The notes below the pieces were generated by a model. That model did not search any database and had not been told where the DNA came from. It worked only from the letters and a program-made list of their open reading frames with translations. From assembly GCA_002269645.1 (NCBI GenBank), contig NIVC01000859.1, forward strand, positions 186,001 through 250,000: DNA of 64,000 bases. Reading direction: 5' to 3'. Origin of the DNA: Macrostomum lignano. Its lineage: Eukaryota. Shown here in pieces: positions 23,826 through 40,755 of the stretch; the stretch's first letter is position 1; every line of letters starts with the position of its first letter. Made by a program: the position numbers and the translations under genes.

Positions 23826-25694
23826 TGCTGCTCTTGACGCTTGCTGTGGTTCCGTTTCCTAATCGATCGAGCCGACTTAGAGGTAAAATAAATCCGTCTA
23901 CTGCTCAAATTGAAATGCCTTGTACTCATATGCCCCCATGCAAAATTCTTTTCAAGCTTCAAGCGCCAATTCTCTGTTCCATATTCCGAATAATAATAGT
24001 CTATGTCCCAAACGAACCTGAGGTTTGCCACGCATTGAGTGTGACTGCCCGCGCCCCCGCTACATTAACTGAGCACTTTTAATTGCCTCTTTGAGAGAGT
24101 TTTATTGAACAGAACTTCATACTTTCACTGCTCGATATGGATTTTGCACTCAATGCTCATCGCGGGTTCCTTGTGCAAGTGCAGCAAAGTAAATGTGCAT
24201 ACGAGCTAAATCACGTGTACATGACGTAAACTGGGCAATATGTTCGTGTTTTCACTTATCATTACCCTTCCCCATGCACTATAGCAAACTTGGTTAGTTT
24301 ATTTATGCTGCTGAGCTATTTACTGCAAGCATTACTTCATGAACTTCATTTGCGTTCGAAAGTTGGTTGTGTTTCAGGTAACTTGTAAATGTAAAAATGG
24401 AATCCAGAAAATTACATGTTACATGTACATTGTACATTACGAACGTAATATGGAAGACTAAGACTAATTCACTTAGCATTAAATACCATTTTCTCGCATA
24501 TCAATCCGATTTACGGGCGTCTAATTATATAAAAAATGGATGGTTGGTTTAAGCAAATATGACTATGAAATAAACAGACATGCATTTTTGCGAAGTAAAA
24601 TTATTCGTTCAATTATAACATGAGCTTATTTAAAAAATCACAAGCTCTAAAAGTTACAAAAAGTCAAAAAATTCTAATCTCAAGCCTGAAATTCACAACC
24701 TGAGACAAACACCGGCGTTAATATTGGTAGAACTTAACAATCGATTTTTGTGTAAAAAGAAATAATTTCAATACGAAAGCTCTGCAATCACCCCTCGTTT
24801 AAAAAAGTTCGGAAGATTTTTCGTATTAACAAATGAATGTGCGCGCGCAACAAAAAAGTAACTCTAATTTTTAAAGCTAATCTAGGAATTATATTATAAT
24901 TACTTGGTTACACTCATATTTTCTGTCGAAAGTAATTTAATTTCTAAATATTGTTTGCCTATAAAGGTTTACAGTAACAACAACATTTAACATGGCTAAT
25001 GCACGGTGTATCTTTTCGGAATTCACAGCTGTGGCAGTTTAGTGTTAGTGTAGTACTCAGATAGTTTGTTTGAAATGGTTTTTCTGTTGTCACTTAGGCC
25101 TAATTAAAATTTAAAAGCTATTTGAGTACAAAATTTTGATAGTTGCCTTCAGTCTTTTTTCTGCTATTAATTCACAGACTTCTGATAATAGTAAAAATGC
25201 AAATCAACGATTTTTGTACATTCTTCACAATCTAATGTATTTAAAATACATTTTTGTCCCATTCAAATCATTATAAAGTATTTTTAGATTAAGTTTCCTG
25301 TGTTTTAAGTGTAAAATTATTTTTGGTAATGCTATACTTAACTTGTATAGCAGGTGTGGTTATAGTGAATTAATTTTGTATTTATTGTATGAAATGTTAA
25401 ATGTGAAGCTCTGACAAGGATGCAAATAAAAAATCTAATATTTTTTGTAAAAAATTCTTATAGTTATTGCAAATTTGGCTCATTTATTAAGACTAGATTT
25501 CTTGGTATAGTTCTGAATTCCTTCAAATAATAAATTAGAGTAAATATATTTTACTAATAATTTAGCTTTAGTTAAATTATTATCATAGAATTCATGCAGT
25601 ATTTTATTTGTAGAATATTTTATTGATTGTAAAAAATATTAAGCCAATTTAAGGCAACAATAACTAAAAAAAACATTTCATTTGTTTCCATTGC

Positions 25695-26813
25695 ATGCTG
25701 AAGCAATCAGTTATGTCCAGCCGTCAATCTCGAGGTGCCAACAGCAGGCTGCAGCAAGCAGACGTGTCCAACTGGCTTCAGTCCAGGCAGCGACCTTCAA
25801 AAAGCCGAGCTGCAGCCGCCGCCACCGCAGACAATCTTCCACCGGAAATCTTGTTGCAGATATTTCGATACATGTCGCCGCGAACGCTGGTCAGCTGCTC
25901 CCTGGTCTGCAGCCAATGGTCGGACATTGCCGCCTCTGAATCTCTGTGGCGCCCCATCTGTCACCGGTGCTTCCCGAAGCAGTCGGAACCGTTTGGAGTT
26001 GAATTGGGAGCCGCCTGCGGCGTTTGGAAGGCCACGTTTTTCAATCGGTAAAAAGTGAAAGCCTAATATTTTACTGGATTTTTTACACAAGTCTTCAAAA
26101 CAGCAAATAAAAACTGACACAATTGTGCAGAGCTAGCAGTCAAAGTAGCCTTGACCCCTTTACAGTAACATTGACCCCTTTACACAAGCTTTGACCCCTC
26201 TTACAGTAGCTTTGACCCCCTTACAGTAGCTTTGACCCCCATTACAGTAGCTTTGACCCCCATTACAGCAGTTTTGACTCCCTTACAGTAGCTTTGACCC
26301 CTCACAGTAGCACAATTCGACCCAGCCTTGACCCCCTTACAGTAGCTTTGACCCCCTTAAAGTATCCTTGACCCCCTACAGTAGCTTTGGCCCCCAAAGA
26401 AACTTTTTTCTTTCATTGCAGTTCCATTGCAGTGGTCTTGTTAACCATGCAAACAAGTAATAGCCCCCCCCCCTAAAAAAATTAGTGAAAAAGACTTGCA
26501 ATATTTAAAATTCCGACAATTGTATTTTTTTTCAATCTCATTGCAATTCTTAGTCTCCGCAAACACGCTGCCAGTCGCAAGTACCTGAGCAGTCTATCAA
26601 ACTTTTCCAACGGAGATTTTCGCGTCACACTAGACTTTATTGGCAGTTCAGGCCGCTCACTGGAAGCCTCGCTGACTGCCCGGGTTCGAAACTCGGGACG
26701 ACACAGCTCGATTGTGGCCTTCTCTAGCTCTGCCGGACAAAACTGCCTGCCCAGTGACATGCAAGCTGTGTCCCGAATTGTGAGTGCTCGCATACTACTA
26801 CTACTACTACTAT

Positions 26814-26905
<92 letters not shown>

Positions 26906-29900
26906 TACGCACGTGAATATTGAATATCTCAATACTAGAATACGAGTATCGGTCGACTGCATGGTTATGCATCAGCCTCCCTTTGACTGGAATTATATAT
27001 TTAATAAATAAAGATAATATCTTAGCGCAGCTTCTGCTAACAACTTCTATAGAGTATTTGCTCTCATTCTTCTTCGGGAGACTGTTCATGGTTCATCGTT
27101 CACTTGTCCATCAGTTGGTCTGTCAGCCACGAACAAAGACCAGATCGGCAGTCCCGACCAGATCGGGAAGGCTGTCATCGGAATCTCCAAGCAGGCGGCA
27201 CAGCTCGCGTTCCTGGTTGAAGATCAGGGCCCAACAGTCGGGCATCGAGAAGCAGCTTGTCGCGCACTGCAGCCTGTCTTGAGCCTTGGTGGTGCGGTCA
27301 GCAGGCGCGTAGAGGCTATCGAGGGTGCTCAGTAAGGTATTGCGTTTAATCCATCTCAGAAAGTATTGGTCCTTTTCTGAAGTGTTGGAGGCAGACAGTT
27401 ATCTGGGGTGTGCAGTTGTAGTGTCGAATTGTGTCAGAAATGTGTCAAATTGTGTGTCAGAAATGTATCAAATTTTGTGTCAGAAATGTGTCAAATTGTG
27501 TGTCAGTAATGCGTCAAATTGTGTGTCAGAAATGTGTCAAATTGTGTCAGAAATGTGTCAAATTAGGTCAGAAATGTGTCAAATTGTGTGTCAGAAATGT
27601 GTCAAATTGTGTCAGAAATTTGTCAAATTGTGTCAGAAATGTGTCAAATTGTGTCAGAAATTTGTCAAATTGTGTCAGAAATGCGTCAAACTGTGTCAGA
27701 AATGCGTCAAATTGTGTCAGAAATGTGTCAAATTGTGTCAGAAATGTGTCAAATTGTGTGTCACAAATGTATCAAATTGTGTCAAAAATTTGTCAAATTG
27801 TGTCAGAAATGTGTCAAATTAGGTCAGAAATGTGTCAAATTGTGTGTCAGAAATGTGTCAAATTGTGTGTCAGAAATGTGTCAAATTGTGTGTCAGAAAT
27901 GTGTCAAATTGTGTCAGAAATGTGTCAAATTAGGTCAGAAATGTGTCAAATTGTGTCAGAAATGTGTCAAATTGTGTCAGAAATGCGTCAAATTGTGTCA
28001 GAAATGTGTCAAATTGTGTGTCAGAAATGCGTCAAATTGTGTGTCGGAATTGTGTCAAATTGTGTGTCAGAAATGCGTCAAATTGTGTGTCAAATTGTGT
28101 CAGAAATGCGTCAAATTGTGTCAGAAATGTGTCAAATTGTGTGTCAGTAATGCGTCAAATTTTGTGACAGAAATGTGTCAAATTGTGTGTCGGAATTGTG
28201 TCAAATTGTGTGTCGGAATTGTGTCAAATTGTGTATCAGAAATGCGTCAAATTGTGTGTCAAATTGTGTCAGAAATGCGTCAAATTGTGTCAGAAATGTG
28301 TCAAATTGTGTGTCAGTAATGCGTCAAATTTTGTGGCAGAAATGTGTCAAATTGTGTGTCATAAATGCGTCAAATTGTGTGTCAAATTGTGTCAGAAATG
28401 CGTCAAATTGTGTCAGAAATGTGTCAAATTGTGTGTCAGAAATGCGTCAAATTGTGTGTCGGAATTGTGTCAAATTGTGTGTCAGAAATGTGTCAAATTG
28501 TGTGTCAAATTGTGTCAGAAATGCGTCAAATTGTGTCAGAAATGTGTCAAATTGTGTGTCAGAAATGTGTCAAATAGTGTGTCAGAAATGTGTCAAATTG
28601 TGTCAGAAATGTGTCAAATTGTGTGTCAGAAATGTGTCAAATTGTGTGTCAGAAATGTGTCAAATTGTGTGTCAGTAATGCGTCAAATTTTGTGGCAGAA
28701 ATGTGTCAAATTGTGTGTCGGAATTGTGTCAAATTGTGTGTCAGAAATGTGTCAAATTGTGTGTCGGAATTGTGTCAAATTGTGTGTCAGAAATGTGTCA
28801 AATTGTGTGTCAGAAATGCGTCAAATTGTGTGTCAGTAATGCGTCAAATTTTGTGTCAGAAATGTGTCAAATTCTGTGTCAGAAATGTGTCAAATTGTGT
28901 GTCAGTAATGCGTCAAATTTTGTGGCAGAAATGTGTCAAATTGTGTGTCGGAATTGTGTCAAATTGTGTGTCAGAAATGTGTCAAATTGTGTGTCGGAAT
29001 TGTGTCAAATTGTTTGTCAGAAATGCGTCAAATTGTGTGTCAAATTGTGTCAGAAATGCGTCAAATTGTGTCAGAAATGTGTCAAATTGTGTGTCAGTAA
29101 TGCTTCAAATTTTGTGGCAGAAATGTGTCAAATTGTGTGTCAGAAATGCGTCAAATTGTGTGTCAAATTGTGTCAGAAATGCGTCAAATTGTGTCAGAAA
29201 TGTGTCAAATTGTGTGTCAGAAATGCGTCAAATTGTGTGTCAAATTGTGTCAGAAATGTGTCAAATTGTGTGTCGGAATTGTGTCAAATTGTGTGTCAGA
29301 AATGTGTCAAATTGTGTGTCAAATTGTGTCAGAAATGCGTCAAATTGTGTCAGAAATGCGTCAAATTGTGTGTCAGAAATGTGTCAAATTGTGTGTCAGA
29401 AATGCGTCAAATTGTGTGTCGGAATTGTGTCAAATTGTGTGTCAGAAATGCTTCAAATTGTGTGTCAAATTGTGTCAGAAATGCGTCAAATTGTGTCAGA
29501 AATGTGTCAAATTGTGTGTCGGAATTGTGTCAAATTGTGTGTCAGAAATGCGTCAAATTGTGTGTCAAATTGTGTGTCAGTAATGCGTCAAATTTTGTGG
29601 CAGAAATGTGTCAAATTGTGTGTCAGAAATGTGTCAAATTGTGTGTCAGTAATGCGTCAAATTTTGTGTCAGTAATGTCTCAATTGTGTGTCAGAGGGTG
29701 TGTCAAATTGTGTGTGAGATTGTGTGTCAGAGGTGAGTCAAACTGGGTGTCAGACAGGTGTGTCAAACACCCACCAGCATAGTTCAGCTTGAACACGGAG
29801 TTCCGGTCGAATCCGCCGCATTTCTGGCCCGGGTTGCCAGGACAAGGGACGTTGCTTAGTAAGTTAAGCTAAGTTAGTCAGTTAGTTAGTTAGTTAGTTA

Positions 29901-32440
29901 GTTAGTTTGTAAGTTAATTAGTTAGGTATTTAGTTAGTTAGCTAGTTAGTTTGTCAGTTAGTTAGGTAGTCAGTCAGTCAGTCAGTCAGTCAGTCAGTCA
30001 GTCAGTCAGTCAGTCAGTCAGTCAGTCAGTCAGTCAGTCAGTCAGTCAGTCAGTCAGTCAGTCAGTCAGTCAGTCAGTCAGTCAGTCAGTCAGTCAGTCA
30101 GTCAGTCAGTCAGTCAATTCCCCAACCGCAGATCTGCCGCGCGAGTTTCCCGGCCGCCCACCCGGACCTGCTGCCACCCGCTGACTGTCCCCGTCGCTCC
30201 GTCGAGCTGTTCAACCGCGCCACCAGCTGCCAGCCGCTGACAAAGCTGGCCCGGGACTCCCGCGCAGGCGCAAACGATGCCAACTGCGTAACCGTCCGCC
30301 TGCTCGGCGATGGACTTCTAATTGGCGAGTGGACGGGCGAGCGGGACGGAAAATCTGAGCTGGCCTTTGTCAGACTGCTGCTGAGCCACGAGCTGGCGGT
30401 TGCGGCTGCCAGGACTGCCGCACTGGGCGGCTCTGGGAGCGCCGGCCTTGCTGACGGTGCCAGCGGAGCGAAAGCTGTTGCCGGAAGTTCCAAGAATGCG
30501 ACAACTGGTGAGACTGGAGACTCTTGGATTGGGAATGGATTGCTAATCTAATCACTCACGGATGACAGGACAACAGGGGGATGCCAATGCTGTTGCAACA
30601 GGTGGGTGCCAATGCTGTTGCAACAGGGTGTGCTAATGCTGTTGCAACAGGGTGTGCCAATGCTGCTGCAACAGTTGCATCAACACTTTTGTAAGAAGCC
30701 TACGCGTGTACATGTGTACAAAGGGTGCACAAGTGACACTGAAGGCTCCTCAAAGATCCTCAAGTGTAGATAAAACCGCGCCACAACCCAACGATCAATG
30801 CAGTCTCGAAGAGCATCAGACGCGGCGCCTCTTCTACATCATCAGCATCCGTCAGATCAGCCAGAAACTCCTCGCTGGTGGCAGCCGTGCCCGCCGCCGC
30901 CCTCCTCCCAACTCAGGTCACCGGCCTGTCCGCCTCGCTGATCCTCAAGGAGCACCGCGGTCAGGAGTTCGTCTTCAACACCTGGCGCTGCGTGGACCTG
31001 CTGCTTCCTGACAGCGGCGGGGGCGGCGACTGGCTCGCCTGTCAGCTGATCGACCCTCGACAACGCGGCGAGCATGTGCCCTACGACTGCGAGCCCGAAT
31101 TCCGGTGGCGCGCCGGTGCCGCCGGTCTGGAAGGCCGAGTTGGAGATGCTTGCTATTGCGACTTCTTGCTGCACAGCGGGCCCAGCGGAGCGGGATGTGC
31201 GAAAAGTACGCAGTACGCGGTGGATGTGTACTTTTAGTAGTATTGTTGATATGCTGATTAGTACATTGTTGTTGCTGGGAGACTTGGACACAACGATACA
31301 GAAAGGGTAAAGGCATTGAGCAGCACACTTTGTAAATATCCTCTCGAAGTCGTATAGATGTCGTGTGGAATTCCTGAAGACTTCCTGCAGACATCCTGTA
31401 GACATCCGTAGACATCCTGTAGACATCCTGTAGACATCCTGTAGACATTCTGTAGACATCCTGTAGACATCCTGTAGACAGCCTATAAACATAATGTAGA
31501 GATCTTGTAGACATTATGTAGACACCCTGTAGACATTCTGTAGACATCCTGTAGACATCCTGTAGACATCCTGTAGACATCCTGTAGACATCTTGTAGAC
31601 ATCATGTAAACATCATGTAGACATCCTGTAGACATTATGTAGACACCCTGTAGACATTCTGTAGACATCCTGTAGACATCTTGTAGACATCATGTAAACA
31701 TCATGTAGACATCCTGTAGACATCCTGTAGACATCCTTTAGACATCCTTTAGATATCCTGTCGACATCGTGTAGACATCCTTTAGATATCCTGTCGACAT
31801 CCTGTAGACATCCTTTAGACATCCTGTAGACATCCTTTAGATATCCTGTCGACATTCTGTAGACATCCTTTAGACATCCTGTAGACATTCTGTAGACATA
31901 TTTTGATGTCTACATGCATATATATCTTGCCCTTTTAAGACATCCCATAGAAATCCTATATATACATGTACATGTATTCGACAAACTTAGTATAGGCATC
32001 GTTTAGACATCATGTATAGACATACTGTAGACCACCTTACTTGACATACACTAAACATCCAATGGACATCCTGTAACGCCTTACCGACTCTTCCTCTCTG
32101 TCAGCATAGTATAATTATAGAGCATGGGACGTTGAGAGGTCTAATGCAGACAATGGTTCCCGAATCTGTTACACCGCCACTGCTCACACCCTACTCAGCA
32201 GGCGTAGTCACTCTCTGGAGCATCAGCGAGCCGGCATTCTTTGCTGCTGCGTCAGACAAAGAAGTTGACGGCGCAGAAATTGAATACGAGTACGACGGGC
32301 CGAGACTCAGCTTGAGCATCGGCAATTCAACCGGTCGCCTGCGGCTGTTGGTTGTCAAGGACGCTATTGGTGCCCGGGGTTATTTAGTGGGAGCTTGGCT
32401 CGAGCTGAGCTCGCATTATTTGGCTCTTCGGGAAGCCTAA
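25695..32440 (+). CDS. FBXO15: F-box only protein 15-like
   Basis: Exons 25695-26047, 26554-26779, 30132-30507, 30804-about 31205 (donor uncertain), about 32199-32440 (TAA). F-box LPPEILLQIFRYMSPRTLVSCSLVCSQW. The downstream blocks VRLLGDGLLIGEW...ELAFV, LIDPRQRGEHVP...FRWRA...CDFLL and TLWSISEP...GRLRLLVV follow the order of recalled FBXO15 blocks (IRIFCLHPGLLVGVW..ELAFV; EHLPL..LSWKT..MDVTLL; FWCFSSP..GRVHVELVW). Confidence 0.75.
26150..26395. repeat. 20-21-bp minisatellite (TTGACCCCCTTACAGTAGCT)
   Basis: About 11 copies in FBXO15 intron 1. Confidence 0.88.
26793..26906. repeat. (TAC)n microsatellite
   Basis: Near-perfect run starting 13 nt after the donor at 26780. Confidence 0.96.
27123..29854 (-). 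CDS. 3' half of a WSC+PAN/apple gene nested antisense in FBXO15 intron 2 (partial)
   Basis: Exon 29854-29775 (CTAAG|...G|GTGGGT) encodes NVPCPGNPGQKCGGFDRNSVFKLNYA, the C-terminal end of a WSC domain. It joins in phase 1 to exon 27376-27123 (ACTTCAG|), which encodes EKDQYFLRWIKRN...AQDRLQCATSCFSMPDCWALIFNQERELCRLL...LVFVRG*, a PAN-type module. The 5' exons were not found. Absent from the ORF track. Confidence 0.75.
27425..29765. repeat. 2.3-kb satellite of 11-13-bp subunits (TGTGTCAGAAA / TGTGTCAAAT[TG]) forming 23/25-bp units
   Basis: About 100 units with recurring variants (GGAATTG, AGTAATGCG, TTTTGTGGCAG); source of the CQKCVKL-type ORFs. Confidence 0.97.
29865..30116. repeat. compound (TTAG)n-(GTCA)n microsatellite
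   Basis: Degenerate TTAG run followed by a perfect GTCA run up to the FBXO15 acceptor region. Confidence 0.93.
30580..30675. repeat. about 24-bp repeat x4 (GCCAATGCTGTTGCAACAGGGTGT)
   Basis: Four tandem copies in FBXO15 intron 3. Confidence 0.8.
31385..31900. repeat. 11-bp minisatellite (GTAGACATCCT)
   Basis: About 45 copies; source of the MSTGCLQDVYR ORFs. Confidence 0.95.
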
Positions 32441-32734
32441 CTGCATTGAGCAGACTTGAACGGTTCTAATAGATTTTCCTTCATGCAATTTTCCATGTAA
32501 ATACATAAACAATTTCATGTAATTGTAGTGATGGGGCTCACGGGCTCGGTCCCTTCGTGGGCCCTTTCCCAGACCCGGATTCGCGTACTGACCCTGGCTG
32601 CGGTCCTCCACTGACATGCGTACGATGCAGAGCTGCTTGGGGTGGGACCGGCGTACGACGCACTTAATCCCTCTAAGGTGCCTAGTACAGATGCAGACCC
32701 TAATACGAGCTAACTAGCAGATTTTAAGGCTTAC

Positions 32735-33070
32735 CAGCTGCGATTTCGGTCGTTTGACCCTCAAACGGCGCCGACAGAGCAGGTGGGAGTCTTCATTGTA
32801 TTCTTTGTGTTTGTATTTGGGCGCCCGCGCCAGGATAATTTTTTAACCAACGCTAGCACAGATCACCGGGAGCCACGAAAACGACGGGAATGGGGTCTCA
32901 CGGGGGTCTGAATATATAGGCAGCAAACTGGGGTCGAGGGCGCGGGATGAAGGTGGCAACAGGGGGCTTAGACAACAGCATGAGACCAAAATGAGAAGTG
33001 CCAGCCAATCGCCGAGGGCGCAGCACGACGGACTGGGATTGGCAGCCAATCAAAAACTACAGGGGCGGGG
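32735..33070 (-). promoter_or_regulatory. promoter-like cassette (GC box, three CCAAT boxes, TATA) followed by a 5' splice donor; alternatively an LTR relic
   Basis: GGGGCGGGG 33062-33070; CCAAT at 33005-33009 and 33046-33050 and ATTGG at 33038-33042; TATATA 32913-32918; minus-strand CAGCTG|GTAAGC donor after 32735. Confidence 0.35.
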
Positions 33071-34005
33071 CAGTATGAGTATTATGAGTAGGATATAGTG
33101 CACTCATAAAAACACATTCATGACATATTAAAGTGTAAATATACATGTAACATTTTAGACTTTCACTGATCTTCTGCTTCACATGTATGCAATTATTTGA
33201 ATAATAAAATACTGTAAAGTAGAATTTGTGAATACATGATTTTTTATTTATGAAGGTAAATTTAAATTAATATTTTAGGCTCGAAACGTCTATTTCATAA
33301 CTGAATCAAAATTCTTGAAAACATTCTTGAAGACATGGACACAAGGCGTGAATTTTTTTGCACAACTTTTTTAGATACAATTCTACTGCAAGGAATAAAG
33401 TATACAAGAAAATTCATTTCGTTAAGAAGCAGAAAATGTTCGCACAGTACAAGGTTTGTACAGGCAACAGAGCTAGGAAAATGACAAAGAAAAGAATATA
33501 GCCAGCCCGATTTTTTGCTGCAAATGTGTTTCTAGATTGTAAATTTGTTACAATATTAGTATACGTAACTCTAAAAAGAGCTTCAGTTCCTACTTTTCAA
33601 AATTCGGGTTTCTAAAGCCTACGAAAAGCCATCAGAATATAAAAGTTTGTACGTGTTTTTTACGTATAATTTAAACTTATTTTAACAAATTAGACATAAA
33701 GTTAGTGTTTATTTGTTGCTGAATAAAACAGTTTGCCAGAATTTTGAGCATAATCAGACAATATTTTAAAATCCATATATTAGATCTAAATTGTAGTAGT
33801 ATATTGTTTTGTTGTCTTTTTGTTGTTTTTCAACACGAAATTTTTTTCTTGATTTAAATCAAAATCTTGATTTGAACTGTAGCATAGTACAGTAACAGCA
33901 GCGGGTTGATTACCCTTCTGTCCCATCAAATATGGCTGTATTTTAGTCCCTTTATTAAAATGATTAAAAGATTATCATTTTAAAAACCATCCATCTGCGC
34001 ATTAG

Positions 34006-39287
<5,282 letters not shown>

Positions 39288-39434
39288 TTGAAAATGAAAG
39301 AATATCGCTAGCTTGGTTTTCATGATACTACTGATTGTTATCTTTACTAGGGGGTCCCCTCTTCAAAAGTAGAATTATCGTGCAAAAATTGAAAATGAAC
39401 GATTATTTATGATCTAGTCTATGAATTCATCAGC

Positions 39435-39436
39435 TC

Positions 39437-39510
<74 letters not shown>

Positions 39511-39740
39511 CTAGTTAGTCAGTTAGTTAGTCAGTTAGTCAGTTAGTTAGTTAGTCAGTTAGTTAGTCAGTCAGTCAGTCAGTTAGTCAGTTAGTTAGTC
39601 AGTAAGTCAGTTAGTTAGTTAGTTAGTTAGTCAGTTAGTTAGTTAGTCAGTTAGTTAGTTAGTCAGTTAGTTAGTTAGTCAGTTAGTTAGTTAGTTAGTT
39701 TGTTAGTTAGTTAGTTAGTTTATTTATTAGCTAGCTAGTC
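39435..39740. repeat. (TTAG)n/(TCAG)n microsatellite
   Basis: Mixed GTTA/GTCA tetramers downstream of the TMEM145 stop. Confidence 0.93.
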
Positions 39741-40224
39741 AGCAGCGGCTGATTTTTGCACCGTAAGACGGATTAACACATCCTGAGGTTTGCGCTCTTG
39801 TCTCCTTTTACGAGTAGCATAAAAAGAACAAATAACGAATATAATTGTCTGTGGTCAGAAGCCATGAGTCAATATTTTTAATTACACACCTTTTTACCTA
39901 GAAGTTGCAGTGTTTTAACGCCGTCCAATTTCATTCTCTTACGCTTGAATATATCTGTCGTGCAATTACTTAATTCTTCTCTAGTCAGCACAGTGATTTG
40001 ACTCAACTTATCAGTGCAATGCTCCACTACTTTTTGCTTGCTTATGCTTATAACTGAAAACTGTTTTATCTTAAGCAGTTGTTACCCTAACAAGACCTAT
40101 TTTATCTTTTTTATACCGTCCTACTTGTTGAATGCCAACGTTAAATATCAGACTCATTTTTTTAATTTTTATTTAATGATTTAAGCCTTTTAAGGAAACT
40201 TAAAGAAGCATTCCTGACCTTCAA

Positions 40225-40755
40225 AATGGCATCCCTGACACTCAGAATGGCATCCCTGACACTCAGAATTGGCACCCCTGACACTCAGAAGTGGCATCCC
40301 TGACACTCAGAATTGGCATTTCCGACACTCAGAATTGGCATCCCTGACACTCAGAATTGGCACCCCTGACACTCAGAAGTGGCATCCCTGACACTCAGAA
40401 TTGGCATTTCCGACACTCAGAATTGGCATCCCTGACACTCAGAATTGGCACCCCTGACACTCAGAATTGGCATCCCTGACACTCAGAAGTGGCATCCCTG
40501 ACACTCAGAATTGGCACCCCTGACACTCAGAAGTGGCATCCCTGACACTCAGAAGTGGCATCCCTGACACTCAGAATTGGCACCCCTGACACTCAGAAGT
40601 GGCATTTCTGACACTCAGAATTGGCATTTCTGACACTCAAAATTGGCATCCCTGACACTCAGAAGTGGCACCCCTGACACTCAGAAGTGGCACCCCTGAC
40701 ACTGAGAAGTGGCACCCCTGACACTGAGAAGGTGGCACCTCTGACACTCAAAATT
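40225..40755. repeat. 21-22-bp minisatellite (GGCATCCCTGACACTCAGAATT)
   Basis: About 24 copies. Confidence 0.94.

Noticed and set aside
27425-29765. Long Cys-rich ORFs (CQKCVKL, MSNCVSE) suggesting metallothionein- or keratin-like proteins
   Set aside because: Open in several frames at once because the satellite unit lacks stops; the region is intronic to two spliced genes.
32843-33049. Minus-strand 68-aa ORF with a signal-peptide-like stretch
   Set aside because: Starts at TTG, overlaps the CCAAT/TATA cassette and has no downstream domain; better explained as regulatory or LTR-like DNA.
39435-39740. (TTAG)n as interstitial telomeric repeat
   Set aside because: It is a tetramer mixed with TCAG, not TTAGGG or TTAGG.
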